64,000 nucleotides of DNA from Parcubacteria group bacterium Gr01-1014_8 (GCA_007376385.1 VMGC01000004.1:71207-135206), one strand, 5' to 3'; numbered from the stretch's first letter, positions 1-9,594 are shown. Notes: generated from the sequence alone by a model not told the origin. Made by a program: numbers and translations.

Positions 1-393
1 AGCGTGCAAAATAAAGGAGGCAATAAATGGTACGTCGTTGACGGAAGTTTTATGAACGACCTCACTGATACGTGGGCGCTCAAACAGAAGTGGCACGTGA
101 TACCGATAAACAACTTACATCATCCGAAGTTGGAGCGGGTCTGGTTTGCCGGCAGTTCCTGCGACAGTGATGACAAGTACACTCACGGCGGCGTTCATGT
201 TTTAGTGCCTAAGTTGTCAGATATAGACGAGCTGTTTGTCGGTATCCTCGATACCGGTGCATACCAGGACTCGCTTGCCTCGCATCATTGTCTTCTTTCA
301 TCGCCTTTGAAACTTATGGCTGCAAACGGCGAGATAAAAGTTGTGCGCAAGAGGGAGACACCAGAAGAGGTTGGGCGTCAGTTCGGGTGGTAG
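1..393 (+). CDS. C-terminal fragment of a fold-type III PLP-dependent decarboxylase (Orn/DAP/Arg decarboxylase family); 5' end is outside the window
   Basis: Motifs FAGSSCDSDD (catalytic Cys region) and DTGAYQ (GAY motif) typical of the C-terminal beta-barrel domain of this family; ORF runs to the window edge. Confidence 0.55.
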   Translation, partial: SVQNKGGNKWYVVDGSFMNDLTDTWALKQKWHVIPINNLHHPKLERVWFAGSSCDSDDKYTHGGVHVLVPKLSDIDELFVGILDTGAYQDSLASHHCLLSSPLKLMAANGEIKVVRKRETPEEVGRQFGW

Positions 394-578
394 GACACAG
401 ACTAGGCATATGTTCGGTACCGTCGCTGTCTGTCGCTGCTGCGACAGCGCTGACTCTCGATCCGGTCGGCCTGCGAGACACGGCACCGAACACATGCCCA
501 CGCTCGTTAAGGGGTGAATACAAAATGCAAATTCCACAGACTCGCTTATGATATACTTCTCGCATTAGACAATAATTA

Positions 579-1538
579 TTGTATATGCCAAGTTCACCGA
601 AAGTCACGCCGAAAGATTTCTTCCTCTGGGCAGGAGCGATGGTTGCCCTCTATGGGGGAGTCATTTCCTTCGTCACCCTATTATTTCAATACATTGATTA
701 CGCGTATCCTGATCCTCTTTCCAACTATTCATACAGCGACCCGTTCTCAGGCAGCATGCGGTTTGCTATGGCGACTCTCATTGTGCTCGTGCCCGTAGCT
801 CTCGTCATCATGCGCTTCATACGCAAAGACATCGCGCGCATTCCTGAAAAAAATGAACTGTGGGTACGACGATGGGCGCTCGTACTCACCGTCTTTATCG
901 CTGGGGCTGCAGTAGTGGGGGACTCGATCGCGCTCATTAATTCGTTCCTGGGCGGTGATCTTACGACTCCATTTCTTCTCAAGGTTGTTGCGCTTCTTCT
1001 CGTTGCCGGTGCCGCATTCTTGCATTTTCTCGCTGACTTGCGTGGATACTGGACGGCAAATCGGGGACGGGCACAGATGGTCGGTTACGGAGCAGGAACC
1101 GTTGTACTTCTTACCGTCGTCGCAGGATTCTTCATCATGGGAACGCCGGGCGATGTGCGATTGATGCGTTATGACTCGCAAAAAGTGACTGACCTCCAGA
1201 ACATACAATGGCAAGTGGTGAACTATTGGCAACAGAAACAAATGCTCCCGACAGCATTATCGCAACTTGAGGATCCTATCTCTGGTTGGAAGGCACCGCT
1301 CGATCCAGAGGACAAGAGAGAGTATACGTATGAGAAAACAGGCGATATGTCTTTCAAACTCTGCGCGGAGTTCAACTTCGAAGTCACCGAAGAAATGAAT
1401 GGGGTGAAGGTTGCATATCCGGAATACGGCGTTAGTACGGACAATTGGCTGCATGGGCAGGGTGAGCACTGCTTTGACCGAACTATCGATCCGGACCTGT
1501 ATCCAGTCTATCCCAAAGGCGTTCCCATCCGCGAGTAA
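579..1538 (+). CDS. hypothetical membrane protein (N-terminal multi-TM region plus C-terminal soluble domain)
   Basis: Long ORF with 4-5 predicted hydrophobic helices in first ~190 aa; no recognisable catalytic motif. Confidence 0.5.
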   Translation: MYMPSSPKVTPKDFFLWAGAMVALYGGVISFVTLLFQYIDYAYPDPLSNYSYSDPFSGSMRFAMATLIVLVPVALVIMRFIRKDIARIPEKNELWVRRWALVLTVFIAGAAVVGDSIALINSFLGGDLTTPFLLKVVALLLVAGAAFLHFLADLRGYWTANRGRAQMVGYGAGTVVLLTVVAGFFIMGTPGDVRLMRYDSQKVTDLQNIQWQVVNYWQQKQMLPTALSQLEDPISGWKAPLDPEDKREYTYEKTGDMSFKLCAEFNFEVTEEMNGVKVAYPEYGVSTDNWLHGQGEHCFDRTIDPDLYPVYPKGVPIRE

Positions 1539-1541
1539 TTT

Positions 1542-1796
1542 CTACGAGTCTGACTCGTAATGATCGAGTCGCCAGCGTTGGTAGGCGAGTAGCGCCCACT
1601 CTGAGCCTAGGATGAGCGACGAGATGGTTGCCGACCACAGATCGAGTGTCGCGTAGGTCGCAGCAAACACAAATAGTCCGCCAGCAGAAGCAAGTGAGGT
1701 GAGTAGTGCTGGCTTTTGTGCTCGATCAAATATCGTCGGTAAGATCGTCAAAATAAATCCCCACTGAATGATCGAGATAGCCCAATCTTGCCACAT
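1542..1796 (-). CDS. small hypothetical membrane protein (84 aa)
   Basis: 2-3 hydrophobic helices; divergent from leuS. Confidence 0.35.
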   Translation of the reverse strand: MWQDWAISIIQWGFILTILPTIFDRAQKPALLTSLASAGGLFVFAATYATLDLWSATISSLILGSEWALLAYQRWRLDHYESDS

Positions 1797-1917
1797 GATT
1801 GTTAGTATATCGTATATAGTATATCGTATCTCGTATTATGAAGAGATACGATCATCGCAAAATTGAGAAAAAATGGGCCTCCTTCGCTAAGGCTACGGAC
1901 GGGCAAACAGCAGAAGT

Positions 1918-4875
1918 ATGAAAAGTTACGATCATAAACGTATAGAACGAAAGTGGCAGGCACGCTGGAAGAAATCGAAGCTGTACAAGACTGCCGATAC
2001 GGTAAAAGGTAAGAAAAATTATTATTTGCTAACTGAATTTCCGTATCCGTCTGGCAATTTGCACGTCGGACACTGGTACGCTTTTTCTGTACCGGACATT
2101 TTAGCAAGAGCGCTCCGCATGCAAGGCAAGAATGTGATGTATCCGTTCGGCTTTGATGCATTCGGATTGCCTGCGGAAAACGCAGCCATAAAAAATAAGT
2201 TGAATCCTCGAAAATGGACCCTCGGCAACATCAAGTACATGAAAAAACAGATAACCTCGATGGGTGCATCGTTTGATTGGTCTCGAGAACTCGCTACGTG
2301 CGATCCTGAATACTACAAGTGGACGCAGTGGCAGTTTTTGCAATTTTTTAAGGCAGGACTCGCATATCGAAAAGAGACAGCAGTCAATTGGTGCCCTTCG
2401 TGCAAGACAGTGCTTGCGAACGAGCAGGTAGTGGATGGAAAATGCGAACGATGCGGAACGGAAGTGATTCAGAAGCAAATGCTTCAATGGAACTTAAAAA
2501 TCACCGACTATGCGGACCGTCTTATTGACGATTTGAGCACGCTGGATTGGCCTGAACAGATAAAGGAATCGCAGAAAAATTGGATAGGACGTTCTGAAGG
2601 CGCCGAGATAGATTTCAGGCTCACAGGAAATGTAGGCGATGACTCACGGTATCTGATCCTCCACGGCAGAGAAGGGAAGCCCACGAGCGTCTTTATTCCA
2701 TGGCTCAAAGAAGAACTGGAAAAAGCTGGACATGAAGTGGAAGTGCCACAGCTTCCCAACACGAATGAACCGAATGCATATGAACAGGCAGAATACATCC
2801 TCAAGAACTGCACCGTAGATGAAAAAACAGTTGTGATAGGCCACTCGATAGGAGGAGTTACAGCGCTGCGTCTCTTGGAGAAGGGCGCAAAGGTTAGGCG
2901 CGTTATATTGGTCGCGACACCGTACTCAGGAAGATTTTTGGATGGTAAGAAACGGCCGAGCGTCACAGATTCCGTGAAGAAGGGGTTCGATTTCGAGACG
3001 ATACGGAACAATACAAAGAGCATCATTGTTATGCCGGATGTAAAAGATGACAGAGTTCCATTTTCCGACGCCGAGAGCTATGCGCAGAAACTGGCCGGGA
3101 TGCTGGTCCATGGCAGGGGAGAGGAGAAGCATTTTATGGGTAAGATAGAGCCGGATGTATTGATGTGCCTTTGCCCCACTATCCGCGTTTTTACGACGCG
3201 AGCCGACACGCTTTTCGGGGCGACCTACATGGTCTTGTCCCCGGAACATCCATGGGTACGGTTAGCGATAGATGATGATCACAAAGTTTTAGAAAATAAG
3301 GATGAGGTAAAGGAATACGTCACAGCGGCGAATAAAAAAACTGAGCTGGAACGCCTCACGGAACAAAAAGAAAAGACCGGGGTGAGGCTGAAAGGCGTTG
3401 AGGGAGTAAACCCCGCTACGGGCGAGAAGATACCGATATTCGTAGCAGACTACGTGCTTGCGCACTACGGGACAGGGGCCATCATGGCGGTCCCGGCGCA
3501 CGATGAGCGCGACTTTGCATTTGCCAAGAAATTTGAGCTGCCGATACGAGATGTGATCTCTACTGGAAAGATGGAATCCGGCGTGTTCGCAGGAGAAGGA
3601 GTGTTGGTGAATTCCGGCGCGTTCAATGGGCTAAAAAGTATCGAGGCTAAGAGCACGCTCACCGATAAATTTGGCCGCAGTAAAATCACGTACAAACTCC
3701 GCGATTGGATAGTTTCGCGCCAGCGTTACTGGGGAGTTCCAATACCCATCGTCCACTGCGAAAGGTGTGGAGACGTCGCTATTCCTGATCCACAGCTTCC
3801 CGTTACATTGCCGGAAATCAAAGATTATTTGCCAACCGGAGACGGAAAATCGCCTCTCGCAAAAGCCAAAAAGTGGGTCAAAGTGAAATGTCCGCAGTGC
3901 AAAGGGACGGCAGAAAGAGAAACAGATACTCTCGATACGTTCGTCGATTCATCCTGGTACTTTTTGCGGTACGCGGACACAATAAACAAAAAAAAGTTTG
4001 CCGATATGAAAAAGATGGATGCATGGATGCCGGTAGATCTCTATTCCGGAGGAGCAGAACACACAACGATGCACCTCCTCTATTCTCGCTTCTGGCAGAA
4101 GGCGCTCTACGATCTAAAGCTCGTTAAGGACAGCGAGCCGTACACGCGAAGGATGAATCGTTCCATCATTCTTGGTCCAGACGGGCAAAAGATGTCGAAA
4201 TCCCGAGGCAACGTGATAGACCCGGATGCTGTTGTCGCGAAACTCGGCGCAGACACCGTGCGTATGTACCTTGCCTTCATAGGTCCGTATAATGAGGTTT
4301 CGAACTATCCGTGGAATCCGGATGGTGTGGTAGGTATTCGCCGTTTTCTCGAGCGTGTTTGGCGCCTCCGCGACCGACTTACGATATCGGTCAAGAAAAG
4401 TGACGGACATACGATATCGAACATCGAACGGATGCTGCATGTAACGATTAAAAAGGTGGGGGACGATATCACTGCCCTGAAATTCAATACTGCCATCGCG
4501 CAGATGATGTCGTTTATGAACGAAGCAGAGAGTAAAGGGATCACAAAGGCGCAATACGAGACACTGCTTCGGCTTCTTGCCCCGTTCGCTCCTCATATTG
4601 CAGACGAACTTTGGAGCATGATGGGACACAAGAAGTCGGTTCATATTGAAAAATGGCCCGCATTCGATCCGCATAAACTCGCGTCGTCGTCGTTTACAAT
4701 TGCGGTACAAGTGAATGGCAAGACACGAACTCAAATCACCATACCTGCTGCAGTGAAGGAAGACGCCGTGAAGGAACAGGCTGAAACAGCTGCAGGAAAA
4801 TGGTTGGAGGGAAAGGCTATAAAAAAGATCATCTACGTGCCCGGCCGCATCGTCAACATCGTCGCGGGCGAATAG
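1918..4875 (+). CDS. leuS: leucyl-tRNA synthetase with embedded alpha/beta-hydrolase domain
   Basis: HVGH (HIGH), CPSC...CERC zinc knuckle, NWIGRSEGAEIDF, TTRADTLFGATY editing threonine-rich motif, KMSKS; 985 aa with an extra ~184-aa insert (aa 238-421). Confidence 0.95.
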   Translation: MKSYDHKRIERKWQARWKKSKLYKTADTVKGKKNYYLLTEFPYPSGNLHVGHWYAFSVPDILARALRMQGKNVMYPFGFDAFGLPAENAAIKNKLNPRKWTLGNIKYMKKQITSMGASFDWSRELATCDPEYYKWTQWQFLQFFKAGLAYRKETAVNWCPSCKTVLANEQVVDGKCERCGTEVIQKQMLQWNLKITDYADRLIDDLSTLDWPEQIKESQKNWIGRSEGAEIDFRLTGNVGDDSRYLILHGREGKPTSVFIPWLKEELEKAGHEVEVPQLPNTNEPNAYEQAEYILKNCTVDEKTVVIGHSIGGVTALRLLEKGAKVRRVILVATPYSGRFLDGKKRPSVTDSVKKGFDFETIRNNTKSIIVMPDVKDDRVPFSDAESYAQKLAGMLVHGRGEEKHFMGKIEPDVLMCLCPTIRVFTTRADTLFGATYMVLSPEHPWVRLAIDDDHKVLENKDEVKEYVTAANKKTELERLTEQKEKTGVRLKGVEGVNPATGEKIPIFVADYVLAHYGTGAIMAVPAHDERDFAFAKKFELPIRDVISTGKMESGVFAGEGVLVNSGAFNGLKSIEAKSTLTDKFGRSKITYKLRDWIVSRQRYWGVPIPIVHCERCGDVAIPDPQLPVTLPEIKDYLPTGDGKSPLAKAKKWVKVKCPQCKGTAERETDTLDTFVDSSWYFLRYADTINKKKFADMKKMDAWMPVDLYSGGAEHTTMHLLYSRFWQKALYDLKLVKDSEPYTRRMNRSIILGPDGQKMSKSRGNVIDPDAVVAKLGADTVRMYLAFIGPYNEVSNYPWNPDGVVGIRRFLERVWRLRDRLTISVKKSDGHTISNIERMLHVTIKKVGDDITALKFNTAIAQMMSFMNEAESKGITKAQYETLLRLLAPFAPHIADELWSMMGHKKSVHIEKWPAFDPHKLASSSFTIAVQVNGKTRTQITIPAAVKEDAVKEQAETAAGKWLEGKAIKKIIYVPGRIVNIVAGE

Positions 4876-4878
4876 TCC

Positions 4879-6405
4879 CTATTTTTGGGAGATACGAGGA
4901 CCTTTGGTCGAGTCTTCGAGGTTGAATCCATGCGCAGCGACCATGCTGCGTAATTCGTCGGCCCGTTTCCAATCTTTTGCACCTCGGGCCGTCTCGCGTT
5001 CATCGACAAGTGCGCGAACTTCCGGCGGCAGCTCATCAATAGATACGTTGTTCGCTGCGCTGCCGGATTCAAGTTTCAGTCCTAATACCGCATCAAAATC
5101 TTTGAGAGCGTTGTATTTTTTGACGGCACTGACGTTTGGGTCTTTTACAAGCTCCCACACAACTGCGAGCGCTCCAGGAGTGTCCACGTCATCATTAATT
5201 CGCTTTCTGAACATATCTATATATGGATCAGCGTTCTTGCCAGTGTCTTTATTATCCCTGAACGAACCATACAAATTGTATAGGCGATTCAAAGACGTCT
5301 GCGCTGCAGTCATTCCGTCCCACGAAAAACTTGCTGGCGTGCGGTAGTGAGCGCCGAGGAGAAGATATCGGAATACGAGGGGAGAGAACCCGCGTTCGAC
5401 GACATTTGATACATAGATGGTATTGCCTTCCGACTTTGCAATTTTGGCGCCCTCTATCTGTACGTGGGCGCGATGAAGCCAGAAGCGTGAAAATGGCTTT
5501 TTACCTGTCGCAGATTCAGATTGAGCTATTTCGTTATTGTGGTGAATTGGAATGTGCTCTATTCCACCAGTATGAATATCTATCTGGTCGCCTAAGAGCT
5601 CTCTACTCATCACTGAGCACTCGATATGCCAGCCGGGATAGCCCTTTCCCCATGGCGAATCCCAGCCCAACGTATCCTGACTGCTAAGTTTCCAAAGCAA
5701 AAAATCGGTGGGATTTTTTTTGTCCGAAGTCGATGAGACACGTGCGCCTTCGCGAATGCCAGATAGGTCGATGTTGCCCAATGTTCCGTACGCCGGGAAT
5801 TTCGACGAATCAAAATACATGCCTTGTTTCCCGCGATACGCGAATCCTTTTTTTTCGAGGGTTTTTACCATCTCTATCTGCTGCGGAATATAGTCTGACG
5901 CGCGCGGGAATGAAGTGCTGGCAGTATTGATGTTCAGAAGTTTTAGGTCCTCCAGAAACAAGTCAGCATATTTCTTGCCAAGTGCGCGCATGTTCTCGAG
6001 CGTGAGTTCCATGCCCTCTCGTTTCAATCCTTTTGTCATGCGGTCTTCTCCCTCGTCCGCATCGCCCTGGTTATCTCCGGTCAAATGGCCGACATCGGTA
6101 AAATTTATTGCTTGTTTGACCTTGTAGCCGTTGAATTCGAGAGTGCGCCGCAATAGATCTACGAATACGAACATAGACAAGTTTCCGATATGTTGAGGAC
6201 CGTAGACGGTCGGACCGCAGTTGTACATTTTTACTTCTCCTCTCTGCAGCATCGTAAACTCTTGCTTTTTACCGGTCAGCGTGTTGTAAAAGAAAAGCGG
6301 CATATTCGCCGATGCTGAACCGCTTCTGTTCATACGAAACGGAAATGCAGACAGGATGTCTGAGATCACCTGCCCGACGACATCAGCGAGAGACCGCATG
6401 ACCAA
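4879..6405 (-). CDS. cysS: cysteinyl-tRNA synthetase (probable true start at internal Met ~6303, MPLFFYNTLTGKKQEF)
   Basis: CGPTVYGPQHIGN (HIGH region), KIAKSEGN (KMSKS-like), overall CysRS collinearity. Confidence 0.9.
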   Translation of the reverse strand: MVMRSLADVVGQVISDILSAFPFRMNRSGSASANMPLFFYNTLTGKKQEFTMLQRGEVKMYNCGPTVYGPQHIGNLSMFVFVDLLRRTLEFNGYKVKQAINFTDVGHLTGDNQGDADEGEDRMTKGLKREGMELTLENMRALGKKYADLFLEDLKLLNINTASTSFPRASDYIPQQIEMVKTLEKKGFAYRGKQGMYFDSSKFPAYGTLGNIDLSGIREGARVSSTSDKKNPTDFLLWKLSSQDTLGWDSPWGKGYPGWHIECSVMSRELLGDQIDIHTGGIEHIPIHHNNEIAQSESATGKKPFSRFWLHRAHVQIEGAKIAKSEGNTIYVSNVVERGFSPLVFRYLLLGAHYRTPASFSWDGMTAAQTSLNRLYNLYGSFRDNKDTGKNADPYIDMFRKRINDDVDTPGALAVVWELVKDPNVSAVKKYNALKDFDAVLGLKLESGSAANNVSIDELPPEVRALVDERETARGAKDWKRADELRSMVAAHGFNLEDSTKGPRISQK

Positions 6406-6455
6406 AAGTATGCCTGCATTTGCTTCAGACTACAAGCGGAGAATGGCTCGTTGTC

Positions 6456-7367
6456 CTACAGCCATTTGCGCCGTTTGAAATACCACACCATAAGCGCGCC
6501 CGCAGTTGCGACTATGCCGACAATGATCCAGAAATCGTAGGGCAGACCTACGATCGGATTGGATCTCGCATTGATGTCGAAAATAGCAACGAAAAGCGAA
6601 AGAGGGAATGTAAGGAGTGCCATGATGGTAAGAACGCGCATTGTCTCGTTCTCTTTCGTCGAAAGAAGAGAGTTATTGGTTTCGCGCAATTCGTGGAGGA
6701 CCTCTGTAAGTCTCATGACATGATTGTGTACTCGATAATATTCGTTCGACAAGGCGCGCAAATAACTGACGAATTCTTCTCCAAAGAACATCTGACCGTC
6801 TTTATCGAGCGTGTGGAGTACGTCTCTGTGCGGTTCAATAGTTTGCCTTAAATTCAGCAGGTCTCTTGCGCTTCTTGAAAGCCGCTCGACCATGCCAACT
6901 TCGTGGCCGGAAAATATGTTCTCTTCAATATGCGAAAGGTCGCTTCGCACGAAATCAATTTCATGCTCAACGGCCTTATAGAGACGCTTGAGCATGTAGT
7001 AAAAAAGAAAGCCGGCATGATCTCCCATGACGCTTTTATCAAGAATTGAATTCACTTCAAAAAGCTTGGAAAATGTATGCAGCGGGTCAATGGTGTCGTA
7101 GTGAGTAGTGATGATGAATGACTTGCCTATGACAAAATCTATTTCTTGCTCGATGGTTCTGTGCGTGTGTCGTAGAGCAGGGAAGTGGAGAATAGCGTAG
7201 ATGTAATCGTTATAGAATTCGACTCGAGGTTTCGCAGTCGGTAGAAGAAGTTCTTCCGCGATAAGGTGGGCAAGGCCGAATTCATCCATAACAGCGCGGA
7301 CCTCTTCGCGGGTAGGGGATTCGAGGTCTATCCACACGAGCGATGAATGCTCATGGCGTGACAACAT
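6456..7367 (-). CDS. CorA-family divalent cation transporter with non-canonical GMN motif
   Basis: CorA-like N-terminal cytoplasmic domain (WIDLESPTREE...), two C-terminal TM helices, C-terminal YFKRRKWL; the YGMNF position reads FDINA. Confidence 0.75.
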   Translation of the reverse strand: MLSRHEHSSLVWIDLESPTREEVRAVMDEFGLAHLIAEELLLPTAKPRVEFYNDYIYAILHFPALRHTHRTIEQEIDFVIGKSFIITTHYDTIDPLHTFSKLFEVNSILDKSVMGDHAGFLFYYMLKRLYKAVEHEIDFVRSDLSHIEENIFSGHEVGMVERLSRSARDLLNLRQTIEPHRDVLHTLDKDGQMFFGEEFVSYLRALSNEYYRVHNHVMRLTEVLHELRETNNSLLSTKENETMRVLTIMALLTFPLSLFVAIFDINARSNPIVGLPYDFWIIVGIVATAGALMVWYFKRRKWL

Positions 7368-7430
7368 GTGCTGAATTCTAGCACAAAAGCGACGTCATTT
7401 TTTCATCGTCTATGATAGAATACTGCCACT

Positions 7431-8681
7431 ATGTTATTTCAAAGAGAGGGTCAGCCGAGTGGAACTGTACGCTTCGGAACGGCATTCGCCATCGCACTTG
7501 TGGTGGGTGCGCTCGGCTTCACCGGGGGTATTTTTGCAGGTAATCGTACCTATGCGAATGGACCCCTGCTCGGCGACTCTCCGCCAGAAGGGGTCGACAT
7601 GACCCCCGTATGGAAAGCGTGGCGCATCATTGATGAAAAATTCGTTCCCGCAGCCGTTGCTACCACGAGCATAGCTGCAGCATCAACAACCGATGCGGAG
7701 CAAAGACGAGTCTGGGGCATGATCGAAGGACTGGCCAATTCATTGGACGATCCCTACACATATTTCATGCCGCCCGCAGAGCAAAAGCAATTTTCAGAGG
7801 ACATGACTGGCGCATTCGAAGGAGTAGGGATGGAAATAGCCGTTCGAGACGAAGTGCTCGTTATCGTCTCGCCCCTTAAAGGCACGCCTGCTGAACGGGC
7901 AGGACTTCGAGCAGGAGACAAGATATTGAAAATAGACGGCGATGACACGCGTGGCGTAGATATTACGTCTGCAGTCCAGCGCATCCGCGGACCAAAGGGA
8001 AGTACCGTTACTTTCTCTATATTTAGAGATGGATGGTCCGAACCCAAGGATGTACAAGTCGTACGCGACGTCATCAACGTCCCGATCGTCACGACGGAAA
8101 TAAAAGAGGGAGTCTTCGTTATTGAGGTGGCAAGCTTTACGGCAAATTCGCCAGGACTATTTCGAAATGCTCTTCGTGAATTTGTGGATTCAGGCACGTC
8201 GAGACTCATCATTGACCTTCGTGGAAATCCGGGAGGATATCTGGATGCCGCCGTGGACATGGCAAGTTGGTTCCTTCCTTCTGGAAAAATCGTGGTTGTG
8301 GAAGATTATGCTGGGCACGAGACCAATATAACGCATCGCTCGCGCGGCTATAACGTATTCAACGATAATTTGCGCATGGTCATTCTCGTTGATAAAGGCT
8401 CTGCATCCGCCTCTGAAATTCTCGCACTCGCGCTTAATAGCCACGGCAAGGCTCGGCTCATCGGTTCTCCTACCTTCGGCAAAGGTTCAGTCCAGGAGCT
8501 GATAGACATAACGCCTGATACGGGTTTGAAGCTCACGGTCGCGAGGTGGCTCGGGCCTAACGGAGAGCATATACCGCACTCTGGCATCATTCCCGACATT
8601 CAAGTTGAAAGAACTGAAGACGATATTAAAAGCGACAAGGACCCGCAGATTGATGCGGCTATCAAGGCAGTCAATGAGTAG
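7431..8681 (+). CDS. ctpA: carboxyl-terminal processing protease (S41 family) with PDZ domain
   Basis: PDZ region (GLRAGDKILKIDG) and S41 motifs (VDKGSASASEILA, GKARLIGSPTFGKGSVQ); N-terminal TM anchor. Confidence 0.85.
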   Translation: MLFQREGQPSGTVRFGTAFAIALVVGALGFTGGIFAGNRTYANGPLLGDSPPEGVDMTPVWKAWRIIDEKFVPAAVATTSIAAASTTDAEQRRVWGMIEGLANSLDDPYTYFMPPAEQKQFSEDMTGAFEGVGMEIAVRDEVLVIVSPLKGTPAERAGLRAGDKILKIDGDDTRGVDITSAVQRIRGPKGSTVTFSIFRDGWSEPKDVQVVRDVINVPIVTTEIKEGVFVIEVASFTANSPGLFRNALREFVDSGTSRLIIDLRGNPGGYLDAAVDMASWFLPSGKIVVVEDYAGHETNITHRSRGYNVFNDNLRMVILVDKGSASASEILALALNSHGKARLIGSPTFGKGSVQELIDITPDTGLKLTVARWLGPNGEHIPHSGIIPDIQVERTEDDIKSDKDPQIDAAIKAVNE

Positions 8682-8687
8682 CGTATG

Positions 8688-8823
8688 CCCGCACACCAAT
8701 GGTGGCATAATGTTTTTGTTGCAAATATACTATCTGACATGTATCCAGATTCGGAAACTCGTACTGCGACTACGGATAATATTCTGAAAACACGTGGCAA
8801 CCATGCCACCATTGGTGTGCGGG
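8688..8823. repeat. 136-bp element bounded by 21-bp perfect inverted repeats CCCGCACACCAATGGTGGCAT / ATGCCACCATTGGTGTGCGGG, filling the ctpA-rplI spacer
   Basis: Read directly: 8688-8708 is the exact reverse complement of 8803-8823; left arm starts 7 nt after ctpA stop, right arm ends 1 nt before rplI ATG. Confidence 0.8.
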
Positions 8824-8824
8824 T

Positions 8825-9274
8825 ATGAAGGTCATCATGCTTCGTGATGTCGCAGGTGTGGGACAAAAGGGAACCATAGCGCGCGTATCGGATGGCTATG
8901 CCATGAATTTTCTTATTCCTCAAAAATTTGCAGAAATGGCTACAGAAGAGAAGGTCAATGAGACGCATAAACGAAAAGCCGAAGCTGAAGCCATGGTGGT
9001 GAAGCAGATGGCAGAATGGAAGGAGCAAGCAACACGGCTTGCTAATGCATCAGTGACAGTTCGCATGGAGGCAAATGAAAAGGGACAGCTGTATAGTCAG
9101 ATACCTCACGCCAAAATTCTTGAACGCATATCGAAGGAGCTCGGCATCAACGTTAAGGAGGAATGCCTGGTCGATGTAAGGCCGATAAAATCACTCGGCC
9201 GTACTGAAATAGACCTTACGCTGGGCGGGAAACGGATCCCATTCACTGTTTTTGTGGAGAGAAAAGAGGATTAA
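8825..9274 (+). CDS. rplI: 50S ribosomal protein L9
   Basis: [34 protein letters not shown]-terminal L9 signature. Confidence 0.9.
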   Translation: MKVIMLRDVAGVGQKGTIARVSDGYAMNFLIPQKFAEMATEEKVNETHKRKAEAEAMVVKQMAEWKEQATRLANASVTVRMEANEKGQLYSQIPHAKILERISKELGINVKEECLVDVRPIKSLGRTEIDLTLGGKRIPFTVFVERKED

Positions 9275-9543
9275 ACAACCTCTGCCATTCGGCGGATATT
9301 TCTGCGACCGTCGAAATTTATCTTACGCACTGTGCGGAATTTTACGATCCCTTTGATGAGTGAAAAGATGGTGTGGTCTTTACCGAGTCCGACGTTCTTG
9401 CCGGCCATTATTTTTGTGCCTCTCTGGCGAACGATTATCTCGCCCGGATTTACCGAGCTTCCATCAGAACGCTTGATGCCGAGGTATTTCGGATTCGAAT
9501 CGTTCAGGTTTTTTGCTGTTCCAGCGGCTTTCGTTGTTGCCAT
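9271..9543 (-). CDS. rpmA: 50S ribosomal protein L27
   Basis: [27 protein letters not shown] matches the L27 core. Confidence 0.9.
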   Translation of the reverse strand: MATTKAAGTAKNLNDSNPKYLGIKRSDGSSVNPGEIIVRQRGTKIMAGKNVGLGKDHTIFSLIKGIVKFRTVRKINFDGRRNIRRMAEVV

Positions 9544-9594
9544 AGTTGTATCTTTAGAGCCTTCCTACGCCCTTTTCTAGGGTATTATTGAGGC

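Noticed and set aside
1797-1917. T-box leader upstream of leuS
   Set aside because: No T-box consensus (AATTAGGGTGGTACCGCG-like) or specifier/antiterminator arrangement visible; only short tandem repeats.
2508-3026. Several 60-170-aa minus-strand ORFs inside leuS (and analogous antisense ORFs inside dnaK, alaS, PEPC, the ALDH-like gene, and others)
   Set aside because: They are embedded in strongly supported genes on the opposite strand and have no motifs.
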